DNA of 64,000 nt from Hemiscyllium ocellatum (taxonomy: Eukaryota). The notes below the pieces were generated by a model. That model made no database searches, had not been told where the DNA came from, and was given only the letters and a program-made list of their open reading frames with translations. Location: the NCBI RefSeq assembly GCF_020745735.1, contig NW_026869311.1, positions 62,001 through 126,000 of the forward strand, in the 5' to 3' direction. The position numbers were made by a program, and so were the translations under genes. This document shows positions 50,653-64,000 of the stretch, in pieces; position 1 is the first letter of the stretch, and each line of letters starts with the position of its first letter.

Positions 50653-50865
50653 AAAAATCTCACTACCAGGTTATAGTCCAACAGGTTTAATTGGAAGCAC
50701 ACTAGCTTTCAGAGTGACGCTCCTTTATCAGGTGATTGTGGAGGGCTCCATTGTAACACCACCGCTCCGAAAGCTAGTGTGCTTCCAATTAAACCTGTTG
50801 GACTATAACCTGGTGTTGTGTGATTTTTAAACTTTGTACACCCCAGTCCAACACTGGCATCTGCA
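50653..50865. mobile_element. Second Penelope-like fold-back family with hammerhead-like core
   Basis: Inverted arms ccaggttatagtccaacaggtttaattggaagcacactagctttc / gaaagctagtgtgcttccaattaaacctgttggactataacctgg. 16-bp flanking direct repeat aatcttgaatttactt. Fragment also at ~59100-59180. Confidence 0.7.
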
Positions 50866-52006
50866 AATCTTGAATTTACTTGGTAAATTTCTTAGCTACT
50901 GAGCACAATGACCTTTTTGGTTTAGAGCCTGATTAATTTGTCTCCTTTGAAAAGCAAGGTATTTGTGCCAGTAAAAGGTGTCAAGGGATAATGGTATTGG
51001 TGACCCACCCAGAAGTTGGTTTATCCCTTCTCTCCTGAAGGATGAATATCTGATCAGGAATAACCATGGCTTAAAAAAGGGCACCTGCCCAGTAAATGGT
51101 TACAGCATATCAGGGAATTGGAGGGAGGGGTTAGAGAACAGTGCACAGCCAGAATTACACCACACACACACCAAGGAAAAGGAATTGTTCAGGAAAGCAT
51201 ATTGTTACTTTGAAGTTTAAAAAAAAATGCAGCTGTGAAGTGGGAAGCTTCCCACATTTGAAGTTAGTGCTTTCCTAGCAGCATAGGGGACTCTGCCTCT
51301 AAACCCTGAAAAACCAGTCACTTGGACAGTTGATAGCACCCTAACCTAATCTTACAAAATGTAGATTTTTGGGTGAAGTCTTTAAGATCTGATATAGATC
51401 CTGGACTAGTGGTTAACAGGCTGACCTTCCACAGAAGAGAGCCATCCTAGTGATACTAAAGTCAGTCAAACTCTCCAACCTTCAATGGATGATCATTCTC
51501 AATTTGGTCAAAGATTAGGTTCGGTGGAAATATGGAATAAGATTGGTCCTTATCTTATTGCATGGCAATTAGCCTTGAAAATATTCTATTAGCTAATGGG
51601 CTGTTGCATTGCAATCAGTAAACTTTAGGCTACACTGAGCTGAGATATTAGTGGTCACAGCTAAGTTTGTGCTTTGTATTTTAAACAAATAGCTGAAGTT
51701 AATCATTAGAGCAACAGGAAATAGTCAAGCATTCAGGTTTCAACATCCCAGACAGGAACTCCCAATAATGCTCAGAAATTAACATTGATTAATATTAGAA
51801 GGTTAGCTGGAACAGTGGGTCTTCCCAGCTTGTAGAGGGTAACATTTTCAGATTTTGCTTTCAAAAAAAACCAAAACAAGTGTTTAGACTACAGGTAGTG
51901 AACATTTATTCACTGTAGATAGTTTCACAATATATCCCAGGTCACCACTAGAAGTCAGGCCATTCATCTCTACAGCATAGCCCAACAATAGTCTCAGTCC
52001 CTGCAG

Positions 52007-54420
<2,414 letters not shown>

Positions 54421-54779
54421 TTAAAATACAGAGAAGTTTGGGAAATTCATCTCATTGATGTCACTGCTTTTGAGTTCCATGACCTTCTTCCAATATTGAA
54501 ATGTCTCGTTGTTCAACACTCTAGTTTAAGCTTAATAACAAGTTACTACTTTTACTGATGATGCTTTGCTGGTCAAGTTTTTTTTACTTGCGAGGAGCTG
54601 TGAAACTAATGCAACAACCGTAGCAAATCAAGTTGCCTTAAGGGGATTTGCAAACCAGCCACTGGACAGAGAAATGGAAATGTGAGAATGAGAGGGAGTG
54701 AATGTTACTTAATAGTATGTCACCCACAGACTCAATCCCCCATTGGCTGCAGTGAGTTTGGGGACAGACGCGACGGAGC

Positions 54780-55261
54780 ATTCACAAGGATGGTCCCTGG
54801 AATGGTAGGCCTAACATACGATGAACAGCTGAGGATCCTGGGATTGTATTCGTTAGAGTTTAGAAGGTTGACAGGAGATCTAATAGAAACTTACAAGATA
54901 ATGAATGGCTTAGAAAGGGTGGACGCTGGGAAATTGTTTCCTTCCGGCGGGGATACTAGGACTCGTGGGCACAGTCTTAAGATTACAGGGGGTCAATTTA
55001 AAATGGAAATGAGGAGATATTTCTTCACCCAGAGAGTGGTGGGCCTGTGGAATTCATTGCCATGGTACGCTGTGGAGGCTGGGACGTTAAATGTCTTCAA
55101 GGCAGAGATTGATAAATTCTTAATCTCGCAAGGAATTAAGGGATACGGGGAGAGTGCGGGTAAGTGGCGTTGAAATGCCCATCAGCCATGATTGAATGGT
55201 GGAGCGGAATCGATGGGCTGAATGGCTTTACTTCCACTCCTATTTCTTATGGTCTTCTTAT
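54780..55261 (+). mobile_element. CR1 3' fragment upstream of copy 8
   Basis: ORF 54682-55173, same subfamily as 12075-14298. Splits the block conserved upstream of copies 7 and 9. Confidence 0.88.
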
Positions 55262-55929
55262 GCAGCAGCTGGCCTTTTCCTGGCCGACAGCGTTGTTTGA
55301 TCGATGAGTCCTTTTCTGGTCGACTTTCAATGTGGCTGAGGAATATTCGAACCAGATTGAAATATTAAGACACAATTGTTCTCGAATTCTTTGGCTTATC
55401 ATTGATTTGTGGGCATAAAGTGTGGCAATGTAGCTCATTGTGACAATTGCTACCCTTCGGATCTTTCCAATGAATCCCAGTTCCCTTATCTTTCTCACAT
55501 TTCATTAAATGTCTACGATCTAATTCCCTCTGGAGAGTTCTTATTGAATATACTTCCAACATCCTTCCAGGCTCTGCATTTCCGATCATAATGACTCATT
55601 GTTTAAGATGAATTCTCTTCATCTCTACCTCTGCTTCCTTTCTTTCACATTACTGTTTCTCTGAGATCACATGTTAATAGCTGATTTTTAAACAGAAGTG
55701 TTTCAGTCCATGAGCAGGTGTTCCAAGGGATTAGCTCCAACTTAGATGGGATGCCTGTGATATTTGCATTAGTTTCTGTGTTGACTTTGGTGTTCAGCAT
55801 GTGTTTGTCAATTTTCTTTGGATATGCAATGTTATAAGCTTCTAGTCCATAAAGTGGAATCTATTGCCCTCCAGAACACATCCCTCTAAGAGTTTTTGAT
55901 TTCCCACCTGAACTTCCCGTGGGAACATT

Positions 55930-57056
55930 GAACATTACAACGCAGTACAGATCCTTCAGCCCTCGATGTTGCGCCAACCTATGGAACCAATTTGAAGCCC
56001 ATCTATCCTATCACTCTTCCATTTTCAGCCATATGTTTATTGAATGATCATTTAAATGCCCTTAAAGTTGGCGAGTCTACTACTGTTACAGGCAGTGCGT
56101 TCCATGTCTCAACTACTCTCTGAGTAAAGAAACTACCTCTGACTTCTGTCCCACATCCATCGCCCCTCAATTTAAAGCTATGTCCCCTCGTACTAGTCAT
56201 CACCATCCAAGGGAAAAGACTCTCACTGTCCACTCTATATCTAACTCTCTGGTTATTTTATATAGAACATAGAACAGTACAGCACAGAACAGGCCCTTCA
56301 GCCCACGATGTTGTGCCGACCACTGATCCTCATGTATGCACTGTCAAATTTCTGTGACCATATGCATGTCCAGCAGTCTCTTAAACGTCCCCAATGACCT
56401 TGCTTCCACAACTGCTGCTGGCAACGCATTCCATGCTCTCACAATTCTCTGTGTGAAGAACCCACCTCTGACATCCCCTCTATACTTCTCTCCGACCAGC
56501 TTAAAACTATGATCCCTCAATTAAGTCACCACTCAACCTTCTCTCTCTAATGAAAACAGCCAGATATCCCTCAGCCTTTCCTCATAAGACCTTCCCTCCA
56601 TACTAGGCAACATCCTAGCAAATCTCCTCTGAACCCTTTCCAAAGCTTCCACATACTTCCCATAATGCAGTGACCAGAACTGTATGCAATACTCTAAATG
56701 TGGCCACACCAGAGTTTTATACAGCTGCAGCATGACCTCATGGCTCCAAAATTTAATCCTTCTGCCAATAAAAGCTAATACACACAATCCTATCAACCTG
56801 GTGGCAACTTTCAGGGATCTATGTACATGGATACCGAGATCTCTCTGCTCATCTACACTACAAGAATCTTACCATTAGCCCAGTACTCTGCATTCCTGTT
56901 ACTCCTTCCAAAGTGAATCACCTCACACTTTTCCACATTAAACTCCATTTGCCACCTCTCAGCCCAGCTCTGCAGCTTATCTATGTCCCTCTGTAACCTA
57001 CAACATCCTTCTGCACTGTCCACAACACCACCAACCTTAGTGTCATCCACAAATGT
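55930..57056 (-). mobile_element. CR1 fragment with a nested younger CR1 3' end (~56263-56517)
   Basis: ORF pieces 56048-56233, 56533-56796, 56853-57071. Internal (TTCTATG) tail at ~56263. Confidence 0.85.
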
Positions 57057-59531
57057 AGTATGTATATCCATTTATCACCAGTACACAGTAAATCTTTTTA
57101 CAAACATTCATCTCAAGTGCTGAAAGGATCATGTAAAAAACTTAGATAAAAAAAACTATCTTTTTATGATTATATTAATTTTATTCAAGTAGGACTAGTT
57201 TAGTTTGGGAACATGGTCAGTGTGGAATAGTAGGATCGAAGGGTCTGTTTCCTTGCTGTTTGACTCTATAAGTGTTTGACTTTGTCCACACAGTGAGTCA
57301 CATTCACAATATGAAAACAAGGCTCTCGCACTCTGAAACATCAACCTGGTCAGTCTGACTGCTAACCTCACATATGAATTTATGCTTATGCAGCTCTCTG
57401 ACAAACAGCCTCTTGTGTTGCATATTCCTTAGTTCATTTGTGTCTTATTCTAGCCTTTGCTTGCTTCTCTGGAATCAAATTTCTTGCCTGATGTCCATTT
57501 ATACAATGAGACTTGCAAAGATCATGGATCTCAGGGCAGCTTTGCAATGTTAACAGACAAACCATGGTTACGCACAGCTTGCTTTGTCAGCATCCAGCTT
57601 GGAAGTATTGTCAACCACATCTAGTCATTGATCAGCTACAATGGCTTCATACTTCCTGCCGTCTTTAAGCAGAGTATTGATGTCATGACCTTTCTATTTT
57701 TCTGAAGTCTTTTTAAGAATGGTTCAAAAGTTACGACTAGCTCCATTCTTCTTTCAGAAAGCCTACCCACCATAAAAACCATCCTTTCCCCTGTCTCAGA
57801 CAGTCCCACAAACTGGACAATTGATTTTGTGTGACAGTGGCCTGTTAAAATATCCAGATTGTGAATTTTAAAGTTTACTTCTCCATTGAGTTTTTTTTCT
57901 GCATGTCCCACAGTTTAGTAGGATCACATTAATCTTCTAAAGAATATTCAGATGTTGAATCTGTGCAACCCCTTGTCCCCAGTGGTCTTAATTTTCACTG
58001 CTTGGTGATCTGGCTGTATGACAGCCAGCTCTAAAAGGTGGAGCTCCATTTTATTTAGAATATGGAAATTCAGAAAGGATGTCTGTGACCTCCAACTCAC
58101 ACTAAGTAGATTAGGATAACGTTTTTGATGCTATCACTTTAAAATGCTACTTATAGCCTGTTAGGCTGTGTTGGGGGAAAAGCAATCCCTACTCAAAAGG
58201 TTTTGGTAAAAATCAAGATACTGCTATTAGTGCAGTTTGATGTAAACGTAACATTTGAAATACTTAGTCTTGTGGAAACTTTCTCCCATGATATTCAAGC
58301 TGGAATGCTGCTTTTCTTTCTTCCAACAATAAAGCACATGGCTTTTGCTTGATCAGTAAATACCTAATGGTTTACTTTGTTGTTTGTAACTGAAAGTTTC
58401 AACTTTTAGAACCTTTGACAGCATGGCCCCTTGGGTGGAGGCACATCACGGTTAATCATGTGTGAATACACCAATAATTCATGTAAACCTGATCAAGTGC
58501 TTAAACCAAAAGACTGACAATTTGGGAGCTATCCCGATCACTAATCATTACAACAGCTAATAAGTACATGATCTGGAAACTGTGGCTCTTCACTACTTTC
58601 CTCAGTTTGGGGGGTGGGGAAGAATATAAGAAAAAAGTAAATAATTGAGGAGAATTTATTGGGTCTAGAAGTATCTGTGGGGAAAAAAGTTAGCCTACAT
58701 TCTGTCCAAGATGCTGCAGCTCTTCAGAGCTGCTCCCCCAAGGTGCTACAAACCTGTTGCATTTCATTTGCATCAAGATCAGATTTCCAGTATTTCACTT
58801 GCCCAGAGAGCAGTAGGATATTTGGATTAATGACCTGTCTCAAGGCATTCCACTCCTAATTCCATGTTCAATTTTAGATGTCGCACCCAAAAGAGATACA
58901 ATTATTGTCTCTGTGGGCAGGAGATGCTGAAAGATTCAAGGCACTGTTCCTTCTGCAATTCTTAACCATGAATATCTGGGGAATTGATATTGATGCAAGA
59001 AAAATATTCAGGATCAAGGGCAACAGTCCAGGTTTTGATCTCAGATCCAATCCAGTCAGCATTAGCCCAAATGTTTTTTGGGATTTTTTTTTTAAAAAAG
59101 CCAACACTAGTTAACAGCTCAACAGGTTGATTTGAAAGCACTAGCTTTCTGAGTGCTACTCCATCAGGTGATTGTGGAGATTTTTGGGGGTTGGGGCAGG
59201 GAGTGATCTGGCTGCTCACCATTCAGGTGGAAATTTTAGTCCAAAGAAAAAAAAATGCACTGAACAGTTTACATGGGTGACATAACATTCTATGATTGCA
59301 ACATAGAAAAATGCCAAAGAGAGAGTTGAGTATTTTTAAAATTTTTGCAGCAAACTCATGATAAAACTGAAGTAGCCCAGTGTACTTACTTGTCTTGTGT
59401 TTAAGAACAGGCACCCATTTAACACCATCTTGTCTATTGAGCAGTTTATTTAATGTTGAGCTGTCATTAACATCAAGCCAAATCTGTCATTACAGGACAA
59501 TTTCAACTACACAAGCTAAGTACTAAACAGT

Positions 59532-61742
<2,211 letters not shown>

Positions 61743-64000
61743 GACTGCAGAGAAATTTGGGAAATTAGATCTGATGATATCATTGAAGTTTTCATAATCT
61801 GCAAAGATCTCAATGTTTAATACCCTGGAACTACAACTTTCAATTTAATGAAAACATATTACTTTTGCTGGGGCAGCTTTTCATAACCTGGTCATGTTTG
61901 TTACTTGTGAGGAGTTGAGAAGCTGACACAATACTCAAAGTAATGAAGCTATCTTGAATTCAAGTTGAATTTGCAAATCAGGTATTGGATAGAGAAATGG
62001 AAATGTGAGACTGAGAGGGAATGAATGTGACTGTAGCCAGTGTCACCCACAGACTCATTCCACATTGGCTGCAGTGGGGTTAGGGACAGGCTCAATGGAG
62101 CAGCTGGTCTTTTCCTGCCCGTCTGTATTGTTTGTTCGATGAGTCCTTTTCCATTGACATTCAATGTGGCTGAGGAATATTTTCTAATTGATCTGTTCAG
62201 AGATTTTATTGTATACCTCTGGAGCAGATGAGCCTTGAGCCGGTGCCTCCTATCTCTAATGTCAGAACATTACCACTGTCCTACAAAAGCTTCTTTGTGG
62301 TCACAAAGGATCATATGCAAACTGATAGGCATCACGTAATCACTCAGTTTCCAAGAGAAATGTTGATTGAGACCTGAATTTACTGTGACTGGGGGGAAAA
62401 TGATTGGTCTTATCTACAAGAACTCAGAATTCAGTATTTACCTTTAGGGACAGTGATAAGAATTGCCATTTTGTGTTGGAGGATTTTGATAGTAACCTCC
62501 TTGTAAGATGCAAAATTAATACTAATCTCCTTGGCCTTCACAGCATTTCTTAAGCAAGTTCCTGAAGTGAATGGTTAAACATTGGATAGTTCCAGTTGTA
62601 AAAAAGATGAAAACATTGACAGCATGAAGGAAAATGGTGATCCGGTAGAGTGGAGGACAAATTAATGTGTGATGACACTCCATGTAAACATTACAGTTTG
62701 TTATGTTGGGGTTTTGTTAATGGAGAGAACGACTGTAAAGTGAGTTAACTTGAGTTTGATAGCTTTTAACTCCCCTTCAAAGCTACTGCTTGAGATTTAA
62801 TTAGGAGTTTTAAAGAAACAACTTTACAATCAATTTTCAACACAGATTTCCACTTGGCTCTTTCAAGAATAAAATGTGCCAGTCAAGGAAGCTTAATAGA
62901 ACACTGGCCTCAAATCTTCTTGCTAAAAGGTTGTTATACAAAACCCTGATTATACCCTCCACCCCCCTTGGAGCAGTGAACAGATCTGGGTATCATAACT
63001 TGAATAGATTGACATTGGAAGAGAGTGTAGGCTTACAAGAATGGCACTGGAATGTCAGGTGTTGATTTATGGAAGGGAGATTATACAATCCCTCCTTGTT
63101 TTCCCCAAGTATTTACATGGGATAGGTGGTAATCTGAAGTCAGATCACAGGAAAGACAAAACAAATTATTTCAATTTGTAATCCCTGGGTTGTTGATTCT
63201 AGAACGAGTGCTATTGTCTGAGAATTAGTACCACTGTTCAGTAGAGTGGTTAGGAAACACTTCTGCAGCAAGTCAAGCTGGAGATTTTGTAAACTTTTCC
63301 ACTAAGAAATTGTTTTGTTAATTTTGGACTTGTTAAAAGAAAAATGTGGAAGACATATGGAGCTAGGCCATAGATCAGCTTGAAGTGGTAGACTAGGCTC
63401 AAATGACTGCATGGGCCTACATGTAAAGAACTCCAAGCCCCAGGTGATTCTATAAACTACTCTGCACAGGATTTCATGAATATTATAATCAGAGGGATCC
63501 ACCATTCTATGAAGGGTCATAACCTGAAACATTAGAGAAAAATCAGCCAGATGCTATTAGCCCAGCTTTTAGAGCTGCATCTGTTTGTACTGCAAGGGTA
63601 TTTCACTCTAGCACTATTCTTTCGTGAGAATGCTAACACTCCTGGCTTCACTAGGTCAGTTTCTCATTGACTGAGGAGAATTTCAGCAGCTTGTTTTCAA
63701 GCAGCTAGTGTTTCCTAAACCCACTACCATCTAAGACTGGAATCTGTCCCATGCCCTCTAGGAGAAAGGCACTACACAAATTCAAGTTGGTGAATTGCAA
63801 TTGGATTAAGTAACCTTCTGCAATGCAATTAAGCAAACTAGGACTTTGTTATGTCATAACCATATCTTGATGTGTTCACTTAAAGTGAATATCTTCACTT
63901 TGGTGTTGAAAGAGAATTAGCAGCTATTGAAAACAAAATCCAGTCTTTGAAAGTTTTATTGAGTTAGTGATCAGAACACTTGAATCCCAGGTCTCCCAGC

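Noticed and set aside
62699-63000. Possible solo LTR (TGTTATG...CATAAC with internal AATAAA); similar hint at ~40115-40935
   Set aside because: Terminal CA imperfect, no target duplication and no internal domains, so it is not supportable without a repeat library.

Overview
Eukaryotic (cartilaginous-fish-like, judged from HE1/V-SINE, CR1 and Penelope-like repeats) genomic DNA containing a head-to-tail tandem array of nine minus-strand copies of a 4-exon ferritin gene (H/M-type, 'heavy chain B / middle subunit'-like, 175-176 aa), one every ~6-9 kb. Seven copies have intact reading frames. Copy 2 has lost its promoter, exon 1 and half of exon 2, and copy 6 has an in-frame TGA at Cys127. None of the eight copies that retain a 5' end shows an iron-responsive element in its very short 5' UTR. 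Exons are almost identical between copies even where introns and flanks cannot be aligned by eye, and transposon markers show that several copies are mosaics. Spacers and introns are filled with CR1 LINEs (one near full length), V-SINEs, Penelope-like fold-back elements with hammerhead-ribozyme motifs and an RTE fragment. All exon boundaries were read manually. No alignment or database search was run.
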